Made by a program: the position numbers and the translations under genes. The notes under the pieces were generated by a model, which was not told the origin of the DNA, did no database searches, and worked only from the letters and a program-made list of their open reading frames with translations. From Mobula hypostoma (lineage: Eukaryota), in assembly GCF_963921235.1 (NCBI RefSeq), contig NC_086109.1, forward strand, positions 32,180,001-32,244,000: a DNA stretch of 64,000 nucleotides, given 5' to 3'. Every line of letters begins with the position of its first letter. The first letter of the stretch is position 1. This document shows positions 39,601 to 50,800 of this stretch, piece after piece.

Positions 39601-42600
39601 TCTCTTCATCCCCCTCCCCCACTGTCCATTCTCTCTTCATCCCTCCCCCACTGTCCAATCTCTCTTCTCCCCCTCCCTCCACTATCCATTCTCTCTTCAT
39701 TCCCCTCCCCCACTGTCCATTCTATTTTCTCCCCATCCTCTCACTGTCCATTCTCTCTTCATCCCCCTCCTCCACTGTCCATTCTCTCTTCATCCCCCTC
39801 TCCCACTGTCCTTTCTCTCTTCATCCCCCTGCCCCACTGTCCATTCTCTCTTCATCCCCCTCCTCCACTGTCCATTCTCTCTTCATCCCCCTCCCCCACT
39901 GTCCATTCTCTTTTCATCCCCCTCCCCCACTATCCATTCTCTCTTCATCCCCCTCCTCCACTGTCCATTCTCTCTTCATTCCCCTCCCCCAATGTCCATT
40001 CTCTCTTCATCCCCCTCCCCCACTATCCATTCTCTCTTCATCCCCCTCCTCCACTGTCCATTCTCTCTTCATCCCCCTCCCCCACTGTCCATTCTCTCTT
40101 CTCCCCTTCCTCCCACTGTCCATTCTCTCTTCTCCCCTTCCTCCCACTGTCCATTCTCTCTTCTCCCCCTCCCTCCACTGTCCATTCTCTCTTCATCCCC
40201 CTCCCCCACTGTCCATTCTCTCTTGACCCCCTCCCTCCACTATCCATTCTCTCTTCATCCCCCTCCCCACTGTCCATTCTCTCTTCATCCCCGTCCCCGA
40301 CTGTCCATTCTCTCTTCATCCATCTCCCCCACTGTCCATTCTCTCTTCATCCCCTCCCCCACTGTCCATTCTCTCTTCATCCCTCACCCCACTGTCCATT
40401 CTCTCTTCTCCCCCTCCCGCCACTGTCCATTCTCTCTTCATCCCTCACCCCACTGTCCATTCTCTCTTCATGCCCCTCCCCTCTGTCCATTCTCTCTTCA
40501 TCCCCCTCCCCCACTGTCCATTCTCTCTTCATCCCCCTCCCCCACTGTCCATTCTCTCTTCATCCCCCTCCCCCACTATCCATTCTCTCTTCATCCCCCT
40601 CCTCCACTGTCCATTCTCTCTTCATCCCCCTCCCCCACTGTCCATTCTCTCTTCTCCCCTTCCTCCCACTGTCTATTCTCTCTTTATCCCTCTCCCCCAC
40701 TGTCCATTCTCTCTTCATCCCCCTCCCCCACTGTCCATTCTGTCTTCATCCCTCCCCCACTGTCCATCTCTCTTCTCCCCCTCCCTCCACTATCCATTCT
40801 CTCTTCATCCCTCACCCCACTGCCCATTCTCTCTTCACCCCCCTCCCCACTGTCCATTCTCTCTTCATGCCCCTCCCCCACTGTCCATTCTCTCTTCATT
40901 CCCCTCCTCCACTGACCATTCTCTCTTCACCCCCCTCCCCACTGTCCATTCTCTCATCATTCTCCTCCACTGTGCATTCTCTCTTCATCCCCCTCCCCCA
41001 CTGTCCATTCTCTCTTCATCCCTCCCCGACTGTCCATTCTCTCTTCATCCCCCTCCCTCATTGTCCATTCTCTCTTCATTCCCCTCAACTGTCCATTCTC
41101 TCTTCTCCCCCTCCCTCCACTGTCCATTCTCTCTTCATCCCTCTCCCCCACTGGCCATTCTCTCTTCTCCCCTTCCTCCCACTGTCCATTCTCTCTTCAT
41201 CCCCCTCCCCCACTGTCCATTCTCTCTTCTCCCCTTCCTCTCACTGTCCATTCTCTCTTCATCCCTCTCCCTCACTGTCCATTCTCTCTTCATACCCCTC
41301 CCCGACTGTCCATTCTCTCTTCATCCCCTCCCCCACTGTCCATTCTCTCTTCTCCCCCTCCCTCCACTATCCATTCTCTCTTCATCCCCCTCTCCCACTG
41401 TCCATTCTCTCTTTATCCCCCTCCCCACTGTCCATTCACTTTTCTCCCCATCCCTCCACTGTCCATTCTCTCTTCATCCCTCCCCCCACTGTCCATTCTC
41501 TCTTCATCCCCCTCCTCCACTGTCCATTCTCTCTTCTCCCCCTCCCTCCACTGTCCTTTCTCTCTTCATCCCCCCCCCACTGGCCATTCTCTCTTCTCCC
41601 CTTCCTCCCACTGTGCATTCTCTCTTTATCCCTCTCCCCCACTGTCCATTCTCTCTTCATCCCCCTCCCCCACTGTCCATTCTGTCTTCATCCCTCCCCC
41701 ACTGTCCATTCTCTCTTCTCCCCCTCCCTCCACTATCCATTCTCTCTTCATCCCTCACCCCACTGCCCATTCTCTCTTCACCCCCCTCCCCACTGTCCAT
41801 TCTCTCTTCATGCCCCTCCCCCACTGTCCATTCTCTCTTCATTCCCCTCCTCCACTGTCCATTCTCTCTTCATCCCCCTCCCCACTGTCCATTCTCTCTT
41901 CATTCTCCTCCACTGTCCATTCTCTCTTCATCCCCCTCCCCACTGTCCATTCTCTCTTCATCCCCCTCCCTCATTGTCCATTCTCTCTTCATTCCCCTCA
42001 ACTGTCCATTCTCTCTTCATCCACCTCCCCCACTGTCCATTCTCTCTTCTCCCCCTCCCTCCACTGTCCATTCTCTCTTCATCCCTCTCCCCCACTGGCC
42101 ATTCTCTCTTCTCCCCTTCCTCCCACTGTCCATTCTCTCTTCATCCCCCTCCCCCACTGTCCATTCTCTCTTCTCCCCCTCCCTCCACTATCCATTCTCT
42201 CTTCATCCCCCTCCCGCACTGTCCATTCTCTCTTCTCCCCTTCCTCTCACTATCCATTCTCTCTTCATCCCCCTCCCCCACTGTCCATTCTCTCTTCTCC
42301 CCTTCCTCTCACTGTCCATTCTCTCTTCATCCCTCTCTCCCACTGTCCATTCTCTCTTCATCCCCCTCCCCACTGTCCATTCTCTCTTCATCCCCTCCCC
42401 CACTGTCCATTCTCTCTTCTCCCCCTCCCTCCACTGTCCATTCTCTCTTCATCCCCCTCTCCCACTGTCCATTCTCTCTTTATCCCCCTCCCCACTGTCC
42501 ATTCACTTTTCTCCCCATCCCTCCACTGTCCATTCTCTCTTCATCCCTCCCCCCACTGTCCATTCTCTCTTCATCCCCCTCCTCCACTGTCCATTCTCTC

Positions 42601-42945
42601 TTCTCCCCCTCCCTCCACTGTCCATTCTCTCTTCATCTCCCCCCCCCACTGGCCATTCTCTCTTCTCCCCTTCCTCCCACTGTCCATTCTCTCTTCATCC
42701 CCCTCCCCTACTGTGCATTCTCTCTTCATCCCCCTCTCCCACTGTCCATTCTCTCTTCATCCCTCACCCCACTGTGCATTCTCTCTTCATCCCCTTCCTC
42801 CACTGTCCATTCTCTCCTCATCCTCCTCCCCCACTGTCCATTCTCTCTTCATCCCTCCCCCCACTGTCCATTCTCTCTTCATCCCCTCCCCCACTGTCCA
42901 TTCTCTCTGCCCCTCCCACATCCATTCTCTCTTCTCCCCTCTCCC
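24629..42945. repeat. ~18.3-kb C/T-rich minisatellite, ~28-30-bp unit CCACTGTCCATTCTCTCTTCATCCCCCTC(C), roughly 620-640 units
   Basis: Seen directly; near-invariant core cactgtccattctctcttc with variable C-rich linker; kb-scale internal duplications. Confidence 0.98.
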
Positions 42946-44679
42946 ATTGGGCAGACAATTCAGAGAAAGCACTTCTCATCCGGGTAAGGAGAGCTTCTAT
43001 CCTGTTTTTTAAGACTACTGAATGGTGTTCTACAATGATAAAATGGGAATCTGTCCTCAATCTCCCTCAGGATGACTTTCCATGTTATTGCCTACCTGCA
43101 CGCCACATCATCTGTAACTGTTACATTTTATTCTGCATTGTGTTCCCTTGTACTACCTCAACATACTACTGATGAATTGATCTGTATGAATAGGATGCTG
43201 GAGAAGTTTTTCAATGTACCTTGGTATGTTTGACAGTAATAAACTAACCTACCAATCTCTGGTTGCCAAAATAATAGTAAATCATATAGAAGCAACTGGA
43301 TGAGAAATGAATTATCTTGGTCAACATCTGGGAACAGATAATACAGGATGAAAGTCATCAATCTATTAAAATGAGCAAGGGGTTCTGAATATCCAGAATG
43401 ATCTGCAAAATATTGTTACTAAACTAATGAATATATAAATGATTATTTCAAAGCACATTTAATATTTTAAACAGTTCCTGAAATTTCTCATCTATCTGCA
43501 ATTGCAGTGTTTTTAATATTAAAACAGAGAAAGTATAGTTCTACATAGCCTAATAATTGTTGGAATTTTACCACCCATTGCTATTCAAAGTGAAATGTTC
43601 TGCGTTAAAGAGCTGTCAGTTTTGGTGCCCACAGGAGAATGTATGATGTTCTTCCTGTCTGATGTGCTACATCTGTTCATTATCTGGTGTCTCTTAAACT
43701 GTGCATCTGAGTTAGACTGTGGAAGTCAAAAAAGGAAGTAATTTGAATGCTGTTATGTCCCATACTAACCAAATGTAATAATAAAGATTGAAGGGTACTT
43801 GGCACTTATAGTGGTATGCCAAAATTCACATTTTTCACTTAAACTCCAGCAAATATTACCAAACATATTATCTGTTTAATTTCTTAAAATAAGTCCCTCA
43901 ATACAGTATAAAGCAGTTTAAAAAGGAAGATTTGAAAATGTTCAATATTGAAAAAATAGGTAATTTAAAGTGAAAGGACATCCACCAGCAAGATAGCAAT
44001 CAATACCCATTAAAAAAAAACGAATTGGATTCCAATTTTTATTTTAATCACCTACTCATTTACATTCACTCCAAAAGAAGTCATGATACCATCAGAGGTA
44101 CTTGTAATTATTTAAATGTGTCCATTTAGCCTGAGAATGTGTAGATCTGCTGTAACCATACTTGCATTAAAACATGACCAATCAAAATAATTATGTGATT
44201 TGTTCCTCCTTCACACTGTTAGAAACTAATAAATAAGACTTTGGTATGATGTCAATGCAAGAAAATAGCAACAGTGGCCATTCAAGCCTGACCCACGATT
44301 TAATACGATCTTGGCTGGCTTCACTTCTCTGCCATCTCTCTATCACTCTATTCCTCAATCAATCAAATATTTTCTACCTTCACTTCAAATACTTCTAATG
44401 ATTCCACCACACAGCTGAACTGACTCGAGGTCCAAAAAACCAAATTAATGTACAAATTAATCTGTCTGCCTAATACCACATCTCATGGAACAAAATCATC
44501 CACTTTGCACTGACTTCATTATATAATCTTGAAGACTTTCCATGTACTTACTTAATTAGAATTGTATAAATGAGAATGAAATTCTTTAATTCACCAACCA
44601 GAGGTCCAGCTAATATTGGATTTCATGGAAGCTCAATTAAGTATTAACTTTTCCTACAGTTTCAATTAGATATTTTTCA

Positions 44680-45150
44680 AAATTCAAACTAAATTTTTTA
44701 TTGAAGAATGTATATGTCACGATATACTACCCTGAGATTCGCTTTCTTGCTGGCATTCACAGCAGAAGAAAGAAATACAATAGAGTCATTGTAAAACCAT
44801 GGACTGTTTGTACTATTCATAATACAGTAGTGTCCCCCTAATTTACACATGATTGAGAAACAATGTGTAAAAGTGAACAAAATGCACAAATACAAAAAAA
44901 AATTTAAAATTAATAAATAAATAGGCAAGTAAGTAATAGTAAGAACATTGAGTTGTAGTGTCCTTGAACGTATGGAATCAGTTCAGTGCTGAAGTGAGTG
45001 AAGTTATCCACTTGGTTCAGGAGCCTGCTGGTGGAAGGATAATAACAATTCCTGATCCTGGAGGTGTCTCCTTCTGGATGGCAGCAGCAAGAAAAGAGCA
45101 TGGTCTGTATGGTGGGCGTCCTTGATGATGGATGCTGCTTTCTTGTAGAC
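44680..45150 (-). mobile_element. Rex1-type LINE 3' end, degenerate
   Basis: KAASIIKD.H..DHALFLLLPS remnant plus shared 3'UTR. Confidence 0.7.
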
Positions 45151-45377
45151 GTGTCAATTATGGGGACACTAAGCAGTGACATTTTTCAATGAGTCAAGTA
45201 GCAGCTTAATCTACATTATGACCTTTACCTGTTCCAAGGGTAATGTATGAAAAGGGTACCAATCCAAGAGGACACAACAGGAAAATAATTTTCTTTAGAA
45301 TCACTGCAATCTAAAAATCTAATCATCATGAATAAAAATAGATCGAAAGACCTAGTTTGACGGCATGCACAGTTCAT

Positions 45378-46168
45378 AATCAGAATCAGATTTAATATCG
45401 CTGGCATATGTTGTGAAATTTGTTAACTTTTTGCAGCGGTACAATGAAATACATGATAAATAAATACAGTATAGAGAAAAAACTGAGTTACATTAAGTAC
45501 ATATATGTCTACTAAGTAGTTAAGGTAAAATAAGTACTGCAGAAAAACAGAAATAAAAAAGTAGTGATGTCGTGTTCATGGGTTCAATGTCCATTTAGAA
45601 ATTGATGGCAGAGGGCAAGAAACTGCTCCTGAATTGCTGAGTGAGTGCCTTCAGGCTTCTGTACCTCCATCTCAATGGTAACAATAAGAAGAGGACATGT
45701 TCTGGATGGTGGGGTTCCTTAATGATGAACACCACCTTCCTAAGGCAGTGCTCCTTGAAGATGTCCTGGATACTATGGAGGTAAGTACCCATGAATGAGC
45801 TGACTAATTTTACAAGTTTCTGCAACTTATTTCAATCTTTTGCAGAAGCCCCTTGCCCCCCATACCAAACGGTGATGCAGCCATTCAGAATGCTCTCCAT
45901 GGTACATCTATAGAAGTTCTCCACTGTTTTAGTTGACAAACCAAATCTCCTCAAACTCTGAATGAAATACAGCTGCTGTCTTGCCTTCTTTATAGCTGCA
46001 TCGATATGTTGGGCCCAGGTTAGTTCCTCAGAGATCTTGACACCAGGGAACTTGAACCTGCTCACTCTCTCCACTTCTGATCCGTCTATGAGGATTGGTT
46101 TCTGTTCCTTTGTCTTACCCTTTTAGAAGTTCACAACGAGCTCTTCGGTCTTACTGACATTGGGTGCA
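45378..46168 (-). mobile_element. Rex1/Babar-type LINE 3' fragment
   Basis: ERVSRFKFPGVKISEELTW..KKARQQLYF..LRRFG..FYRCTMESIL; aatcagaatcag tail. Confidence 0.88.
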
Positions 46169-46639
46169 TTTTGTCATGCAGGGAGAAAAGAAACCTTTTG
46201 TGATAGAGCTGATCAAGTAAAACATTTTGCTATTGATGGATTAGAGAGGAACTTGTTCATTCATGTGGCTGCACTGAGTATGAGCATAGAAAATTAGCTA
46301 ATTTCCTTGTTCAGAATTTGCTTGTATTTCACAGTTAATTTTAACAGCACATTTGCAGGTGAAATTTTGGAACTTCAATCTAATATTACAGAAATTTTCT
46401 TCAATGCTAACTAAACTGCACAGGTTACAACTGATTTGGCACAGTTGTAAGCAATGATCATCGATGAACTAAAACTAATAAATTGTTAACAGGAGATGAT
46501 CTAATTTACTTTAAGCACAGGATTTAGAAAAGAATAAAAGAATTTTCAAGAAAATGAAACTGCAATATTCATCTCCATAAGTCTCATTTGTCAGAGTATA
46601 GTGGGAGATGAACTGATTCCAGGGTTGTAACCAATGCAC

Positions 46640-47172
46640 ATGTGGGTGCCTATCATATAGGCACACACTCATCCACACTGGTTTTAATGAAGTCGGTAAT
46701 AACTATGGCCTGCTCATCCAGGTTCGAAGATGAATCCCTGAATACATTCCAGTCCTTTGATACAAAGCGGTCCTTTAAGCACTTCTGCGCATCCCTTGTC
46801 CATACCTTCTTGGTCCTCACAACTGGTGCTGCAGTCTTCAGTCTCTGCCTATACTTAGGGAGTAGAAGTACAGCCAGATGATCAGACTTCCCGAAGTGAG
46901 AGTGTGGAATAGCACTGTAAGCACTCTTGATGGCGGTATAATAGTGGTCTTGTGCGTTGTTGCCTCTGGTAGTGCAAGTGATTTATCAATGGTAATTATT
47001 TAGTGACTTTTTCAAGCTGGCCTGGTTAAAATCCCCCAAAATGATGGTGAAGGCATCAGGGTGCACTGTTTCATAAATATTGATGCCATTGTTCAGATCA
47101 TCTAGAGCCTGTTTGACATTGGCCTGAGGTGGAATGTTCACCACTACTCAAGATGATTGCTGAAATCTCCCG
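46640..47172 (-). mobile_element. Rex1-type LINE APE endonuclease fragment, inverted relative to the adjacent 3' end
   Basis: Minus translation includes IPPQANVK, HPDAFTIILGDFN, FGKSDHLAVLLLP, DWNVFRDS, TDFIKTSVDECVP. Confidence 0.85.
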
Positions 47173-48009
47173 TGTACTGTGGAGAGCATTCTGACAGGCC
47201 GCATCACTGGGCTATGGGGGGGGGGTGGGGGAGTATAACTGCACGGTATCAAAGGAAGCTACAGAAAGTTGTAAAATTAGTCACCTCCATCTTGGCTACT
47301 TCCCGCCATAGTATCCAAGACAGCTTCAAAGAGTGGTGTCTCAGAAAGACGGCATCCATTATTAAGGCCAGGACAATCTCTCTTCTCATTGTTACCGTCG
47401 GGAAGGAGATCAAAGTTCAAAGTACAATTTATTATCAGAGTACATACATGTCACCACATACAACCCCGAAATTCTTTTTCTGCAGGCATACTTACCAAAT
47501 CTATAGAATAGTAACTGTAAACTGTAAACATCAGTAACTATAAACTGCAAACAAACTGTGCAAATGCAGATATAAATTAATAACAATAAATAACGAGTGT
47601 GAAATAACAATATAACAGAGTCCTAAAGGCGCCAGCGAACGATTCCTCGGGCGACACCTTCCGGATAGAAAATCTTTTAAATTATTTCACTTCTCCTACG
47701 CCTGCTGCTCGTTCTTTTTGTCTGATTTGTGTAACTGAAACAGTTTGTGCCTGTGATGTACAGTTTGGAATTCAATTAAAGGATCCAGCACTATGCTCTG
47801 TCCGAACAGCTGCCTCTTGGACATCAGAGGTGAGAACCCAAAAGGGACCAAGAACATTCGCTGGCTCATAGGAAAAAACACAGACAGGATGCAGGGTCAT
47901 GAACGACTCCATCTCGAAGTGGCGAGGAAGATTGAAGTATCAAGGTGAAGGCGTTTGGACCGGTCAGCAAGGCCGCCAGGTCGACGGCATTCGGACCAGG
48001 TCTACAATT

Positions 48010-50200
48010 GCTCACAACAGGGCCAGAGAATCAGTGATCACTCCAACAGGGATAGAGGGTCAGTGATTGCACCCAATGGGGCCAGAGAGTCAGTGATCTC
48101 ACCCAACGGGGCCAGAGAGTCAGTGATCGCGCCCAACGGGGCCAGAGAGTCAGTGATCTCACCCAACGGGGCCAGAGAGTCAGTGATCTCACCCAACGGG
48201 GCCAGAGAGTCAGTGATCGCGCCCAACAGGGATAGAGGGTCAGTGATTGCACCCAATGGGGCCAGAGAGTCAGTGATCACACCCAATGGGGCCAGAGAGT
48301 CAGTGATCGCGCCCAACAGGGATAGAGGGTCAGTGATTGCACCCAATGGGGCCAGAGAGTCAGTGATCTCACCCAACGGGGCCAGAGAGTCAGTGATTGC
48401 ACCCAACGGGGCCAGAGAGTCAGTGATCTCACCCAACGGGGCCAGAGAGTCAGTGATCGCGCCCAACAGGGATAGAGGGTCAGTGATCGCACCCAACGGG
48501 GCCAGAGAGTCAGTGATCACACCCAATGGGGCCAGAGAGTCAGTGATCGCACCCAACGGGCCCAGAGAGTCAGTGATCACTCCAACAGGGATAGAGAGTC
48601 AGTGATTGCACCCAACGGAGCCAAAGAGTCAGTGATCGCACCCAACGGGGCCAGAGAGTCAGTGATCGCACCCAACGGGGCCAGAGAGTCAGTGATTGCA
48701 CCCAATGGGGCCAGAGAGTCAGTGATCGCACCCAACGGGGCCAGAGAGTCAGTGATTGCACCCAATGGGGCCAGAGAGTCAGTGATCACTCCAACAGGGA
48801 TAGAGGGTCAGTGATTGCACCCAACGGGGCCAGAGAGTCAGTGATCACACCCAATGGGGCCAGAGAGTCAGTGATCGCACCCAACGGGGCCAGAGAGTCA
48901 GTGATCACTCCAACAGGGATAGAGAGTCAGTGATCGCACCCAATGGGGCCAGAGAGTCAGTGATCACTCCAACAGGGATAGAGGGTCAGTGATTGCACCC
49001 AACGGGGCCAGAGAGTCAGTGATCGCACCCAATGGGGCCAGAGAGTCAGTGATCACTCCAACAGGGATAGATGGTCAGTGATCGCACCCAACAGGCTAAA
49101 TCTCTCTCAATGGAGCCAGGGGATCAATTATCACTCCCAACAGTGCTAGAGGGTCAGGGATCGCTCCCAACGGGGTCTGAGCGTCAGTGATCCCTCCTGA
49201 TGGAGGCTAGAGGGTCAGAAATCACTCCCAACGGGGCCTGCGTGTGATCAGTCCCAACGGGGCCTGAGTGTCAGTGATCACTCCCAATGGGCCCTGAGGG
49301 TCAGCAATCACTCCCAATAGGACCAGAGAGTCAGTGATCACTCCCAATAGGGCCAGGGGGTCAGTGATTACTCACAACAGAGCCAGAGGGTCAATGATCA
49401 CTCTCAATGAAGCTAGAAGGTCAGTGATCACTCCCAATAGGACCAGAGAGTCAGTGATCACTCCCAATAGGGCTAGGGGGTCAGTAATTACTCACAACAG
49501 AGCCAGAGGGTCAGTGATTACTCTCAATGCAGCTTGAAGGTCGGTGATCACTCCCAATGGGTCCAGAGGGTCAGTGATCACTCTCAATGGGTCCAGAGGG
49601 TCAGTGATCACTCTCAATGGGTCCAGAGGGTCAGTAATCACTCTGATTGGGTCCAGAAGGTCAGTGATCTCTCCCAATGGGGCCAGAAGATCAGTGGTTG
49701 CTTCCAATAGAGTGAGAGGATGAGTGATCACTCCCAACGGGGCTAGAGGGTCAGCAATCAATCCCAATGGGACCAAAGAGTCAGTGATCACTCCAATGGG
49801 GCCAGGGCATCAGTGATCACTCGTAATGGAGGCCAGAGGGTCAGTGATTACTCCCAATGGGGCCAAAGGGTCAGTGAACACTCCCAGTGGGGCCAAAGGG
49901 TCACTGATCATTCCCAACGGGGCCAGTGGGTCAGTGATCACTCCTGATGGAAGCCAGAGGATCAGTGATCACTCCCAAAAGGGTCAGAGGATCAGTGGTT
50001 GTTCCCAAAAGGGCCATAGGATCAGTGATCACTCCCAATAGGGCCAGAGGATCAGTGATCACTCCCAATGGGGCCAGAGGATCAGTGATCGCTCCCAATG
50101 GGGCAAGAAGGTCAGTGCCACTCCCAACGGGGCCAGAGGGACAGTGATAGATCCTGATGGAGGCTACAGAGTCAGTGATTGCTCCCATTAGGGCCAGAGG
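48010..50200. repeat. 30-bp minisatellite GGGCCAGAGAGTCAGTGATCGCACCCAACG (~70 units)
   Basis: Homogeneous 48020-49095, diverged 49100-50200; 120-bp duplication at 49321 and 49441. Confidence 0.95.
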
Positions 50201-50349
50201 TTGTGAGTTCTGAGTCACAGAAGGACTGCTCGATGATCTGAGACGTACATGATTCTACTGGACTTCAGATTGGTCTCCCTCAGTTTTCAGCATTTTCTGT
50301 CTTGTGACCGATTGGCAATTGGGTGCTCTGTAATTTCTCTGTGTGTGAG

Positions 50350-50800
50350 TGGGGGGAGGGTAGGGGGATTTTAATGCCACTGTCACTGTTTTTTCTGCAG
50401 GGAGGGGTCACGGATTGTTATTGTTGCTGTTTTTTCTGCAAGTGAGGGGGTCAAGTTTGTTATTGTTGCTATTTTTCTGCGGGGAGGGGTTGGGTTCATT
50501 TATTGTTGCTGTTTTTTTCTGTGGGGAGGGGGGTCGGGGTTTGTTACTGCTGCTGTTTTTTCTGTGGGGAGGGGTCAGATTTGTCATTGTTGCTGTTTTT
50601 TCTGCAGGGAAGGGGTTGGGTTTGTTATTGCTGCTCTTTTTTTCTGCAGGGAGGGGACTGTTTTGTTTTTGATGATGTTTTTTTCAGTGGGGAGGGAGGG
50701 GTGTCGGAGTTCGTTATTGTTGCTGTTTTTTTCTGAGGGGAGGAGGTTCAGTCTGTTATTGTTGCTGTTTTTTCCGCAGGGAGGAGGTCGGGGATTCTGG
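50350..50800. repeat. Degenerate ~38-bp G/T-rich tandem repeat
   Basis: Recurring ttattgttgctgttttttctgcggggagggg units. Confidence 0.8.

Larger units (their letters stand above)
21515..43256 (+). mobile_element. Single old Rex1/Babar-type LINE split into pieces (21515-21684, 22788-22924, 23850-23894, 24051-24628, 42946-43256)
   Basis: Pieces read colinearly: MKFFKRLVM, TYTRLLFIEYSSLFN..ILDFL, SVRMG..IILNT, GAP*GC..FKFADGTTVVG, IEGILSRCITARYG..DKASSI, then LPLGR and the 3'UTR. Confidence 0.8.

Noticed and set aside
24416..43172. Giant ORFs of 4624-5882 aa in all three plus frames, and many short minus ORFs
   Set aside because: They are translations of a C/T-rich minisatellite that rarely forms stop codons; unit length varies from 28 to 30 bp, so no frame is preserved.
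43253..43402. Possible 150-bp minus-strand exon (ttttgcag...G/gtaggt)
   Set aside because: Peptide not recognisable, donor lies in a LINE tail, no partner exons found.
47955..48814. 10-aa repeat proteins (GARESVIAPN / GAITDSLAPL)
   Set aside because: Product of a 30-bp unit; 29-bp variants shift the frame and the array lies inside a retroposon.
48010..50200. CRISPR-like array (also considered for 24629-42945)
   Set aside because: Contiguous tandem units with no unique spacers, no cas genes and a vertebrate-type context.
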